This document shows positions 48,045-58,100 of a DNA stretch of 64,000 nucleotides, piece by piece (within the stretch, counting starts at the first letter, position 1; each line of letters starts with the position of its first letter). Position numbers and translations under genes: made by a program. Origin of the DNA: a candidate division WOR-3 bacterium (GTDB lineage Bacteria > Hydrothermota > Tepidihabitantia > Tepidihabitantales > Tepidihabitantaceae); the NCBI GenBank assembly GCA_965649205.1, contig CBFGJV010000005.1, forward strand, positions 32,001 to 96,000, read 5' to 3'. The notes below the pieces were generated by a model, which was not told the DNA's origin, ran no database searches, and worked only from the letters and a program-made list of their open reading frames with translations.

Positions 48045-48554
48045 ATGACAGAGAGAAGCGTACAGTTTGGTCCCGGCCGTCTGCGTCTGGAGGGCAAGGC
48101 ACTCCAGGTTGGAGACAGAGCGCCGGATGTGGTGCTGACCGGACAGGACCTAAAGCCCGTGTCCCTGTCTTCCTTCTTTGGCAAGGTGCTGGTGCTTTCC
48201 AGCGTGCCCTCGCTTGATACTCCCACCTGCGATATGGAGACACGGCGTTTCAACGTTGAGGCGGCGAAGCTGGGTCCGGAAGTGCAGATTATTACGGTCT
48301 CCATGGACCTGCCGTTTGCGCAGAAACGCTGGTGTGGAGCTGCGGGGATTGACCGCGTGCTGGTTCTGTCGGATCACCGTGAGGCGGCCTTTGGTCTGGC
48401 ATACGGGGTGCTAATACCTGAGGTTCGTCTGCTTGCCCGTGCCGTGTTCGTAGTTGACCGGCAGGGTATCGTCCGTTACATTCAGCTGGTTGAGCAGACC
48501 GGTAACGAGCCTGACTACGAACCTGTTTTGGCTGCGGTTCGGCAATTGCTCTGA
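48045..48554 (+). CDS. tpx: Thiol peroxidase
   Basis: VPSLDTPTC, SMDLPFAQKRWCG, LLARAVFV, EPDY. Confidence 0.95.
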   Translation: MTERSVQFGPGRLRLEGKALQVGDRAPDVVLTGQDLKPVSLSSFFGKVLVLSSVPSLDTPTCDMETRRFNVEAAKLGPEVQIITVSMDLPFAQKRWCGAAGIDRVLVLSDHREAAFGLAYGVLIPEVRLLARAVFVVDRQGIVRYIQLVEQTGNEPDYEPVLAAVRQLL

Positions 48555-48566
48555 AAGGTGGAGGCA

Positions 48567-48755
48567 ATGTCTGAAAATAATCAGAATAAGCCCTACTGGA
48601 AATGCAGTGGTTGCGGCTATGTGCTTCAGGCCGAGGCGCCGCCGGAACCTTGTCCGTCCTGTGGGGCAAAGTGCGAGTTTGTGAATGTGACCTGCTACAC
48701 GCCTGAGTGCGGTTTCACCGGCGTGGATCCGCGGCTGGCGGGTGGCAATAAGTAA
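48567..48755 (+). CDS. Small rubredoxin-like Cys-rich protein
   Basis: SD GGAGG; WKCSGCG...PPEPCPSCG plus CEF and CYTPECG. Confidence 0.8.
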   Translation: MSENNQNKPYWKCSGCGYVLQAEAPPEPCPSCGAKCEFVNVTCYTPECGFTGVDPRLAGGNK

Positions 48756-48771
48756 AGAAAGGAGTCATATT

Positions 48772-49152
48772 ATGGCCAAGAAACTGGAAGTGTATAAGTG
48801 TGAAGTTTGCGGGAATGTAGTTGAGGTTCTGCACGGGGGAGCCGGGTCCCTGGTCTGCTGCGGTAAACCGATGAAGCTTATGGTGGAGAATACCGTGGAT
48901 GCGGCCAGAGAGAAGCATGTCCCGGTCATAGAGAAGAAAGATGACGGATACCTGGTGAAGGTAGGAAGCGTGGCCCACCCGATGGAAGAAAAGCACTATA
49001 TTCAATGGATAGAGCTGTTGGTGGATGAGCGGGTGTGCCGGGCCCACCTTGCGCCCGGCCAGGCGCCTGAGGCGATGTTCTGGGTGAAGGGCGAGAAGGT
49101 AGAAGCCAGAGAGTATTGCAATCTGCACGGGCTCTGGAAAGCGGGGTTGTGA
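48772..49152 (+). CDS. dfx: Desulfoferrodoxin (2Fe superoxide reductase)
   Basis: YKCEVCGN...[27 protein letters not shown]. Confidence 0.96.
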   Translation: MAKKLEVYKCEVCGNVVEVLHGGAGSLVCCGKPMKLMVENTVDAAREKHVPVIEKKDDGYLVKVGSVAHPMEEKHYIQWIELLVDERVCRAHLAPGQAPEAMFWVKGEKVEAREYCNLHGLWKAGL

Positions 49153-49694
49153 TGGTACCAACGAAGATTGAGGATGCCTTCAACGAGCAGATAAAACACG
49201 AGCTGGAATCGGCCTACCTCTACCTGGCCATGGCCGCCTATTTTGATTCCGAGGGTCTGGAGGGAATGGCCCGCTGGATGCGCGCTCAGACGCAGGAGGA
49301 AGTGACGCACGCTATGCGTTTCTTCAAGCATCTTCTGGAACGGGGCGGTACGGTGAAGCTTTCCGCGCTTTCTCAGCCGCAGTCTAAGTGGGATTCGCCG
49401 CTGGCGGCTTTTGAGGCTGCTTACAAGCATGAGCAGTTTATTACCAACTGCATCCACAAACTGGTGCGTCTGAGCAGGGAGGAGAGCGATTTCGCCTCGC
49501 AGACCATATTGCAGTGGTTTGTGGACGAGCAGGTGGAAGAGGAAGAAAGCACTCTACGGGTGGTGCAGCAGCTCAAGCTGGTGGGGCAGGACGGAAGAGG
49601 ACTGTTGATGCTGGACCGGGAACTCGGTACCCGCACCTTTGTGCTGCCGCCAGAACTGGCAGCCTTTTACGCGCAGGCCCCAGCCGGCGCCTAG
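49152..49694 (+). CDS. ftn: Non-heme ferritin
   Basis: NEQIKHELESAYLYLAM, EEVTHA, HEQFIT, LQWFVDEQVEEE. Confidence 0.95.
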   Translation: MVPTKIEDAFNEQIKHELESAYLYLAMAAYFDSEGLEGMARWMRAQTQEEVTHAMRFFKHLLERGGTVKLSALSQPQSKWDSPLAAFEAAYKHEQFITNCIHKLVRLSREESDFASQTILQWFVDEQVEEEESTLRVVQQLKLVGQDGRGLLMLDRELGTRTFVLPPELAAFYAQAPAGA

Positions 49695-49746
49695 GGAAGG
49701 TTTATCTGCGTCGAGAGTTTGGAACTGCCCCAACGGAGGACAGCTG

Positions 49747-50949
49747 ATGGGTGGAAATACGTTCAGTGCGGTGCGGGTGTCGGAGCATGTTTACTGGGTC
49801 GGAGCAGTAGACTGGGGACTGCGTGATTTTCATGGCTATTCAACTCATCGCGGCTCCACCTACAACGCCTATCTGATTCTGGCAGACAAGGTAACGCTGG
49901 TGGATACAGTGAAGCGGGGCTTTGCCGACGAACTGCTGGCGCGCATAGCTTCGGTCATAGACCCGGCACGGATTGACTACATTATCTCCAATCATGCGGA
50001 GATGGACCATTCCGGTTCACTGCCGGAGATAATCCAGGCGGTGCAGCCGGAGAAGGTCTTTGCCTCGGCTATGGGCGTGAAGGCTCTGGCCGCGCATAAT
50101 CTGACGCAGCAGGTCGAGGCGGTCGGGAACGGCAGCAGTCTCAGTCTGGGCAATCTTACCCTGCGGTTTTGGGAGACCAGGATGCTGCACTGGCCGGACA
50201 GCATGGTGTCTTATCTGGTAGAAGACCAGGTGCTGTTTTCGCAGGACGGATTCGGAATGCATCTGGCTTCAAGCGAGCGGTTTGCCGACGAGGTTGACCC
50301 CTGGATTCTGCGTTACGAAGCGGCCAAGTACTATGCGAATATACTGCTGCCCTATTCGCCGCTGGTGACCAAGTTGCTGGCAACGATAAAGGAGCTGGGT
50401 ATTCCCATCGCCTGCATTGCCCCGGACCACGGCCCAATCTGGAGAAAGGGGCTAGATGTCCTGGAGTGGTGGCGGGAATGGGCGGAGCAGAGGCCCACGA
50501 AGAAGGCGGTTATAGCTTATGACACCATGTGGAAGTCAACCGAACTGATGGCGCGGGCGATAGCGGAAGGTCTGGTAGAAACTGGTGCCACGGTAAAGCT
50601 GGCGGGTATGCACGGTTCCACCCGCAGCGATGTGGCAACAGAATTGCTGGAAGCGGGCGCATTTCTGGTTGGTTCGCCGACTATTAACAACAACATGTTC
50701 CCCACTGTTGCCGATCTCTTGTGCTATATTCGCGGTCTGAAGCCCAAGAATCTGGTAGGTCAGGCATTTGGTTCCTATGGCTGGTCGGGCGAAGGAGTCA
50801 AGCAGGTGCGGGAAGAGCTGGTCAGAATGGGCGTGGAGCTGGTGGGTGAGCCTGTGGCGGTTAATTATGTTCCGAATCAGTCTGCTCTGCAGGCGTGCCG
50901 GGAACTGGGTCGCGCGGTGGGCAGAAGAATGCAGGAGAGGTTATCTTGA
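49747..50949 (+). CDS. fprA: Flavodiiron protein (A-type flavoprotein)
   Basis: [27 protein letters not shown], flavodoxin domain GSPT...AFGSYGWSG. Confidence 0.95.
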   Translation: MGGNTFSAVRVSEHVYWVGAVDWGLRDFHGYSTHRGSTYNAYLILADKVTLVDTVKRGFADELLARIASVIDPARIDYIISNHAEMDHSGSLPEIIQAVQPEKVFASAMGVKALAAHNLTQQVEAVGNGSSLSLGNLTLRFWETRMLHWPDSMVSYLVEDQVLFSQDGFGMHLASSERFADEVDPWILRYEAAKYYANILLPYSPLVTKLLATIKELGIPIACIAPDHGPIWRKGLDVLEWWREWAEQRPTKKAVIAYDTMWKSTELMARAIAEGLVETGATVKLAGMHGSTRSDVATELLEAGAFLVGSPTINNNMFPTVADLLCYIRGLKPKNLVGQAFGSYGWSGEGVKQVREELVRMGVELVGEPVAVNYVPNQSALQACRELGRAVGRRMQERLS

Positions 50950-51683
50950 ATCAGGATAACTGCCCTACCGGTCTCGACCTTGCCGCCTTGAACTATCTCA
51001 CCTATGGACTGTATGTGGTGACCGCGCGCGAGGAAGAACGGCGCAATGGCTGCATCATCAATACCGCGGTGCAAGTGGCGCTTGACCCCTGCACCGTCAC
51101 CATCAGTCTGAGCAAGAAGAATCTGACCACAGAGATGATTGAACGCAGCGGCCGGTTCGCTTTTCAGGTCTTGGAGAAGCAGACGCCGCTGCCGTTCATC
51201 GGCATATTCGGTTTCCGCACCGGAAAGGAATTTGACAAGTTCAGCAAGATGCGCTTCCGCGACGGAGCCAACGGCTGTCCAGTTGTTCTGGAGCATACGT
51301 TGGTATCGGTGGAAGCAGAGGTGAAACAGGTGGTTGATTGCGGAAGTCATGTGCTCTTTGTGGCCAGAGTGACGGCGAGTGAGGTGTTGCAGAGCGGAGA
51401 GCCTCTTACCTATGCCTATTACCACGAGGTAAAGGGAGGTAAGACCGGCCGCAACGCTCCTACCTACGGCATAGGAGAAAAGAAGAAAGCAGAGAAGGAA
51501 GTTCCAGAGAGGAAGAAAACAATGAAGAAGTACGTCTGTACAGTATGCGGATACGTGTATGACCCGGAAGCAGGCGACCCGGATAACGGCGTGAGACCGG
51601 GTACGGCGTTTGAAGACCTGCCGGATGACTGGGTCTGCCCGGTCTGCGGTGCGGCTAAGGAAGAGTTCGAACCGCAGGAATAG
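50946..51683 (+). CDS. Flavin reductase-rubredoxin fusion (high-molecular-weight rubredoxin-like)
   Basis: [36 protein letters not shown], then [12 protein letters not shown]...[11 protein letters not shown]. Confidence 0.9.
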   Translation: MNQDNCPTGLDLAALNYLTYGLYVVTAREEERRNGCIINTAVQVALDPCTVTISLSKKNLTTEMIERSGRFAFQVLEKQTPLPFIGIFGFRTGKEFDKFSKMRFRDGANGCPVVLEHTLVSVEAEVKQVVDCGSHVLFVARVTASEVLQSGEPLTYAYYHEVKGGKTGRNAPTYGIGEKKKAEKEVPERKKTMKKYVCTVCGYVYDPEAGDPDNGVRPGTAFEDLPDDWVCPVCGAAKEEFEPQE

Positions 51684-51727
51684 ACTGCGGGCCTTGTCCG
51701 GTAAATGATTTCAGTCGGGATTGCCGG

Positions 51728-52981
51728 CTACTCGGCTTTGCGTCGGGCAGCGGCGCTGCGGATGTACTGGGGCGGTGTGCCTTCTGTGATGACTTTAGGG
51801 GTGATGATGCATTCTACCACATCTTGCAGAGACGGCAGTTCGAACATGATGTTCAGCATGGCTTTTTCCAGAACAGAACGCAGTCCCCGGGCCCCGGTCT
51901 TGCGTTTCAGAGCCAGGTCGGCCACAGTGTTTAGGGCTTCTGGGGTCAGTGTGAGTTTTACGCCCTCCATCTCAAAGTAGTATGCGTACTGTTTGAGCAG
52001 GGCATTGCGGGGTTTGGTGAGTATGTCAATTAGGGCCTGCCGGTCCAGACTATGCAGAGTGGCGATGACCGGCAGTCGCCCTACCAGTTCCGGAATCAGG
52101 CCGTACTGAATTAGATCGTCCGGTTCCACCAGCGTAAGCAGTTCGTCCGTACTGCGCCGGCCGGAAGGAACCACATCATGGCCAAAGCCCATGGCTCCGG
52201 AACGCACCCGGCGCTCCACGATTTTATCCAGCCCGATGAAGGCGCCGCCGCAGATGAACAAAATGTGGCGAGTGTTCACCTGGATAAACTGCTGTTCGGG
52301 ATGTTTCCGTCCTCCCTGGGGAGGAACGTTGGCAATGGTACCTTCCAGGATTTTGAGCAGGGCCTGTTGTACTCCTTCGCCTGATACATCGCGGGTGATG
52401 GAAGGCGAATCTGACTTGCGGGCAATCTTGTCAATCTCGTCCAAGTAAACTATGCCGATTTCTGCCATTTCTATGTTCATGTCCGCAGCTTGAAGCAAGC
52501 GGAGAAGGATGTTTTCCACATCCTCGCCTACATAGCCGGCTTCCGTGAGCGGAGTGGCGTCGGAGATGGAAAAGGGCACTTTCAGAAACCTGGCCAGGGT
52601 TTCAGCAAGGAGCGTCTTGCCCACGCCGGTGGGCCCGATGAGCAGGATATTAGCCTTTTCCAGGTCAGGGCGGTGATCACGGGAGAAGATGCGCTTGTAG
52701 TGATTGTAAACCGCCACGGATATGACCCGCTTGGCCAGGTCCTGTCCGATGACATACTGGTCCAGATGGGCTTTGATAGCCGCGGGCGTGGGAAGCGAAC
52801 GACCGAGACGCAGACTGCGGTCTTTTGCCTGGTCGTCGAACAATCCTACAACCGTGCGGGCGCACGCTTCGCAGATATGAGAACGACGTCCAGCTACTAG
52901 TTGATTACCCGGCGCCGGAGTCTTGCCACAGAATCCGCAACGGGGCGGTCTGGTTCTGGTGCCGGTCTTTTTGCTGCTCAC
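51728..52981 (-). CDS. clpX: ATP-dependent Clp protease ATPase ClpX
   Basis: C4 zinc finger, [31 protein letters not shown]. Confidence 0.97.
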   Translation of the reverse strand: MSSKKTGTRTRPPRCGFCGKTPAPGNQLVAGRRSHICEACARTVVGLFDDQAKDRSLRLGRSLPTPAAIKAHLDQYVIGQDLAKRVISVAVYNHYKRIFSRDHRPDLEKANILLIGPTGVGKTLLAETLARFLKVPFSISDATPLTEAGYVGEDVENILLRLLQAADMNIEMAEIGIVYLDEIDKIARKSDSPSITRDVSGEGVQQALLKILEGTIANVPPQGGRKHPEQQFIQVNTRHILFICGGAFIGLDKIVERRVRSGAMGFGHDVVPSGRRSTDELLTLVEPDDLIQYGLIPELVGRLPVIATLHSLDRQALIDILTKPRNALLKQYAYYFEMEGVKLTLTPEALNTVADLALKRKTGARGLRSVLEKAMLNIMFELPSLQDVVECIITPKVITEGTPPQYIRSAAARRKAE

Positions 52982-53562
52982 GGGCGTTTGAAAATAACCT
53001 CGTCCACGATGCCGTATTCTTTGGCTTCGGTGGCGGACATGAAGAAATTGCGGTCGGAGTCCCGTTCTATCCTCTCTACCGGCTGGCCGGTGTGCAGGGA
53101 AAGTATTTCGTTCAACTGCTTTTTCAGTTTGACTATTTCTCGGGCGTGAATGTCAATATCCGTGGCTTGACCGGAGATTCCGTAAGCCGAAGGTTGATGA
53201 ATCATTACTCGGGACCGGGGAAGGCAGAAGCGTCGGCCTTTTTCTCCGGCAGCCAGAAGCAGAGCAGCGATGGAAGCGGCCATGCCTACACAGGTGGTAG
53301 CTACCTTGGACTTGATATATTGCATCGTGTCGTATATGGCCAGGCCGGCAGATACTACGCCACCCGGAGAGTTTATGTAAAGGTTTATTTCCTTTTCCGA
53401 ATCCTCTGCCTCCAGAAACAGCAGTTGAGCTACTACCAGGTTGGCCACGTTGTCATCGATGGGCGAGCCGAGAAAGATGATTCTTTCCTTCAGAAGTCGA
53501 GAATAGATATCGTAGGCGCGCTCTCCCCGGTCAGTCTGTTCAATGACTATGGGTACTAACAC
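52978..53562 (-). CDS. clpP: Clp protease proteolytic subunit
   Basis: [28 protein letters not shown] 53562 after GGAGG. Confidence 0.97.
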   Translation of the reverse strand: MLVPIVIEQTDRGERAYDIYSRLLKERIIFLGSPIDDNVANLVVAQLLFLEAEDSEKEINLYINSPGGVVSAGLAIYDTMQYIKSKVATTCVGMAASIAALLLAAGEKGRRFCLPRSRVMIHQPSAYGISGQATDIDIHAREIVKLKKQLNEILSLHTGQPVERIERDSDRNFFMSATEAKEYGIVDEVIFKRP

Positions 53563-53578
53563 AGGGCCCTCCTGTTCT

Positions 53579-54793
53579 TCAGCTAACATCGGCTTTCTCC
53601 AGTATAAAATCCATTATCTTTTCCCGCAGAACCTGATTTCTGAATACCGGGTTATCCAGAAGCGGTTCCAGTTCGGTCACGGGTCGGTTGGCTTTTTGGG
53701 CCAGGTCCTCAATTCGCGACCTGATTTCCTCTTCGTTCACTTCTATTTTTTCCAGTTCGGCGATACGGGCGGCTATTATATCAAACTTGGCCCGCCTTGT
53801 CGCTATGACACGGAGTTTGGCTGCGGTTTCTTCGTCGTCGGGAAGTTCGTACTCGCGGGCCAGTTGTTCCAGCGTGGCCCTGACCCAGCTTTCCGGCGGT
53901 TCGAAATCGTGTTCGCGGACCAGAAGGTCGAATATCTGGTCCTTGAGGTTATTGGCTACCAGCCTGGCTCGGTCCTGCATTATCTGCTCGTTCAATTCCT
54001 GCCGGAGGGCGTCCAGGCTTTCGTAACCCAGGTCATAGGCAAATTGCTCGTCTATCTCAGGAAGATGTTTTTCCTTGACTTCTCTAATCTTGAACTTGAA
54101 GGTCAGTTTCTTTCCTGCCAGGTTCTTGTCCGGATGGTCAGGGGGAAATTCAACCGTAGCTTCTCGCTCGTCGCCCGGTCGTACCCCCTGCAGGATGCTG
54201 TTTATCTCGGTTAGGTTTGCCTGATTGCCTACTTGTAACATCACGTTCGTGCGAGCCGGGCCTGCTGGTTTATCTCCGTCAAAAATCTGGTAGTCGCAGG
54301 AAACAAAATCCTGTTCCTGAGCTGGTCGGGATACAGGAGTGAAGGTGGCGCATTGCTCCTGCAGGGCCTTCAGTCTGCGTTCAAACTCGGCTTCAAAGCC
54401 GGTGGGCTCTTCTCGTTTCAGCTTCAGACCGCGGCAGTCCTTCAGCTGGAAATCCGGGAATACCTCCGCGTGTATGGTGAATCTTACGGTCTTGTCGGGG
54501 AGCACTTCCAGGTCGTGTATGCGGGCGCGGGCCGCAAGTCTGAGCTTATGCTGTTCCAGTACTTCGGAGGTAGTCTGTTCCACAATCTCTTCGACTGCCA
54601 CAGCTTCCAGACTGGAGCCAAGACGTTTCTCTAGCACGTGTCGAGGTGCTTTGCCCGGACGGAAGCCGGGGATGAGGGCCTTGCTGCCGTACTTCTGATA
54701 CAGTTCTTCCAATTTGGACCGGAGTCGGTCCGATTCAACCTCTACCTTTATTTCGCGCAACCAATCTTTGGGCGCCTGGATGCTTATTTCCAA
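53579..54793 (-). CDS. tig: Trigger factor
   Basis: PGFRPGKAP signature, FKBP-like middle domain; synteny with clpP-clpX. Confidence 0.93.
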   Translation of the reverse strand: MEISIQAPKDWLREIKVEVESDRLRSKLEELYQKYGSKALIPGFRPGKAPRHVLEKRLGSSLEAVAVEEIVEQTTSEVLEQHKLRLAARARIHDLEVLPDKTVRFTIHAEVFPDFQLKDCRGLKLKREEPTGFEAEFERRLKALQEQCATFTPVSRPAQEQDFVSCDYQIFDGDKPAGPARTNVMLQVGNQANLTEINSILQGVRPGDEREATVEFPPDHPDKNLAGKKLTFKFKIREVKEKHLPEIDEQFAYDLGYESLDALRQELNEQIMQDRARLVANNLKDQIFDLLVREHDFEPPESWVRATLEQLAREYELPDDEETAAKLRVIATRRAKFDIIAARIAELEKIEVNEEEIRSRIEDLAQKANRPVTELEPLLDNPVFRNQVLREKIMDFILEKADVS

Positions 54794-54874
54794 ACTGATA
54801 CTCCTTATTCGCCAGAGTGTTACTTTTTGTCCCTGGGTAAGACCAGAGAGGGCTTACGGTCGGGCCGCAGGCCA

Positions 54875-54956
54875 TGCGAGGAGGGGGAGTTGAACCCCCA
54901 CCCTTCACAGGACTGGATCCTAAGTCCAGCGCGTCTGCCAGTTCCGCCATCCTCGC
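54875..54956 (-). tRNA. tRNA-Leu(TAG), CCA not encoded
   Basis: GCGAGGA..TCCTCGC-A acceptor stem; D arm; anticodon arm CTGGA-CT-TAG-GA-TCCAG; long variable arm; T loop GGTTCAAC. Confidence 0.96.
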
Positions 54957-54966
54957 AACGGCGTTG

Positions 54967-54995
54967 AGTATAGGAGGTGGCAGAACAAAAGTCAA
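54967..54995 (-). promoter_or_regulatory. sigma70 promoter of tRNA-Leu-tig-clpP-clpX
   Basis: TTGACT-17-TATACT, 10 nt upstream of the tRNA. Confidence 0.75.
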
Positions 54996-55182
54996 GGGAG
55001 TGCTGATTCTGAACTTACGGTGGGGCCTCGGTTAATTGTCAGTCAGGTTGTTCACAAAAGCTTGACTTTTTATCCCTGTTTGGTATCTACAGTTAGGCAC
55101 AATCAGTGGATACGATTATGCCCAGTTTCGCAGAAGTTTTCAGTATCCGTCCGGCAGAAATTCCATACATAGGAGGTAACTA

Positions 55183-58100
55183 ATGCAGAAAAGAACTGTC
55201 GTGCTGCTCGTAGCCCTAAGTATCGCCTTGCTTCTACCTGTTCAGGCTAGAGAGCGTCGCGGCTTAGGCTTTGGTTTGGATGCGGGACGTAGGCCCACAG
55301 GCAAGGTGTATGGTCTGAGTGTTCCGGAAGTCACTCCCGGTAACACAGATGAAGTTATCTGGGAGCCCGAAGTCAGGTTATCGTTCAACACCGCGCATGA
55401 CCAGACAGATTCGTCCAATCAATATAATGTAGCCGTGGACCGCTCTGGTCGGGTGCATGTGGTATGGACCAATCTCACCAACTATCGCACGATTTACAAG
55501 CGCTTTACACCCGGGAGCGGCTGGGGCGACAGCGTGATGCTGGGCACAGACATTCCAGGTACGCATTATGACCGTTATCCTTCGCTTTGTCTGGATGATT
55601 CTGGCCGTCTGCACGTAGTCTGGGTGACCGGGCCAAACACCAGTGCGAATGCGGCGGTGTACTACCAGATGTGGCACCCTGCGACCGGTTGGAATCCTGC
55701 CAGTCGGATGATTTCTGATGACTCGGTGGCCAAGCCCAAGACTAGCCCGCACATAGCCTGCACCCCGGATGGCCGGGTGCATGTGGTATGGTGCGAAAGA
55801 ACCTCAACCACCAAGTACGCCTACTATGTGGCATACAGAGAAAAGGTGGACACGACCTGGCAGCCGCAGTTCAATCTGGATTTTGCCGACTACGAAAGAA
55901 TATCAGCGTGCATCGCGGGCGGCCCTGATAACCGGGTGCATGTTGCCTGGCGGGGCAGCGACCAGGCTAACCCGACTTATTCCCAGATATTCTATAAGGA
56001 AAAGACTGCGGCCGGTTGGCAGCCGCTGGTGCGCATTACCAACGGTTTGACTACCCATCAGACGCAGCCTTCCATATGTGTGAATCCAGTTACCCGGCAG
56101 CCGCACATAGTTTGGCGCAGTCTGGTTACCACTAACGGTCGCATCTGTCATACCTATCGTGTTGGAGGTGTCTGGCAGCCGACCGATACGGTTTCGGAAC
56201 GGACGCTGAATACGGCGCAGGCCGACCCGCAGGTGGTTGCGGCTCCGGACGGGCGGGTGTATGTGGTTTGGTCTGGTTTTTCTGTGGCCTCGCCCAGTTA
56301 CCAGCAGATACGTTCCTGCGAGCGCACGCCGGAAGGTGTCTGGCGCGCACCGCGGGACATTACCACTGGTGCCTATGCCAAATTTGCGCCGAGTCTGGCA
56401 CTGGATACGCTGGACGGGCTCTATCTGTATCTGGTATGGCGCGACATGCGCAACGGCAGCACGAACAGCGACATTTACTACCGGTTCGGCTTTGACCCGG
56501 CCAAAGACGTAGCAGTTCTGTCCGTTGTTTCTCCGACGCCCATCTATATGCGGGGCACAGCGGCGGTGGTTCCGCAGGCCTGGGTCAAGAACTTCGGGAC
56601 TGCCAATCTGGATTCGTTCCCGGTGGTTATGAAGCTGGGAGACGGGTACACAGACAGATTTGTGGTGCGTAATCTCATTTCCGGGGAAAGTACTCTGGTG
56701 AGCTTCGCTCCTTGGCAGCCCACGGGCGGGGTCTATCCGATGAAATGTTCTACGCTTCTGAATGGAGACAGGGTAAATGCCAATGACTTCCGTACGGGAC
56801 TCATACTGGTAGCCGACTTCATTGAGCAGTTTGAGGCTGATAACGGCCGGTACGAACCCACCCCGCCAACCGGTGCTTGGGCTTGGGGCGTTCCTTCCTC
56901 TCCGCGTCCGCCGGCCCTTTCCGGAACCAGGGTGTGGGGCGCACCGCTTTCTGGCAATTACGTGGACAATGCTGACTGGAGACTGGTTTCGGTTCCGTAT
57001 GTGGCTTATGTGGACACGCCGGTAGTGTCCTTCTGGCATTGGTACAATTTCGAGCTGGGTTATGACGGAGGTAATCTGTCTTACTCCACCGACAACGGCG
57101 CAACTTGGAACGTGGTGCATCCTTGGACCAAGTACTCTGCGCCGTATTACAGCGGGACGGTGCGCGGACTGGGCTACGAATATGGCTATTCGGGAAGCAC
57201 CACAGGATGGGAACGGGCTTACTTCCGAATTCCGGTTGATTCCGGGACGGTGGTGCGGTTGCGTTGGCGTCTGGGGTCGGACATCTCCAATACCAGCCCG
57301 GGCTGGATCATAGAAGACGTGACGCTTCTGGGACTGGCCAAGCCAGACGTAGGCGTAGTGTCCCTTGTTGTGCCAACCGGCACGCTGGTGCGGGATACGC
57401 TGATTCCCAGGGCTTGGGTGAGAAACTTTGGTTCGGCTCTGACCCTGCCGAACAGTTTTACGGTTTCTCTTGTGGTTCCGCCGGACACCTATGTTTCCAC
57501 AGTGCCGGTAGGTCCTCTGGCCATGTCTGAGAGTGTGCTGGTGAGTTTTGCCAAGTGGATACCTCCGCGGGTTGGTTTCTATATGGCCAAGTGTTCCACC
57601 AGGCTGCAGGGAGACATTTTGCCCGCGAACAACTCGATAACGGCAGAAGCGGCAATAGTAAACTTTATTGAGAGCTTCACTGCTTCCAACGGCAGTTATG
57701 TGCCGACGCCCACAACCGGAGCCTGGGCTTGGGGTGTGCCGGCCGCGCCGCGTAAGCCGGCTCGTTCTCTGCCCAATGCCTGGGGGGCGACGCTTACCGG
57801 CAGTTATGGCAACAGTGTCAACTGGAGATTGGTATCTGTACCGTATGCGGCTTTGGCTGACACACCGGCTATTTCGTTCTGGCACTGGCGTAACTTCTAC
57901 GACGCCAATGACGGCGGTAACGTGGCTTATTCCACGGATAACGGGGCTACTTGGACAGTGCTTATGCCCTGGCCGGGACGTTCTGCTCCTTACTACTCCG
58001 CCCCTATCCCTGGATTGGGTAACGAACGCGGTTACACGCTGGTGGATACCAACTGGACCCAGGCTTGGTTCCAGATTCCGGTCACAGCCGGCACCGCCTT

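Noticed and set aside
54875..54956. tRNA as an integration site for an island
   Set aside because: No integrase and no duplicated tRNA 3' end; tRNA-Leu-tig-clpPX is ordinary synteny.
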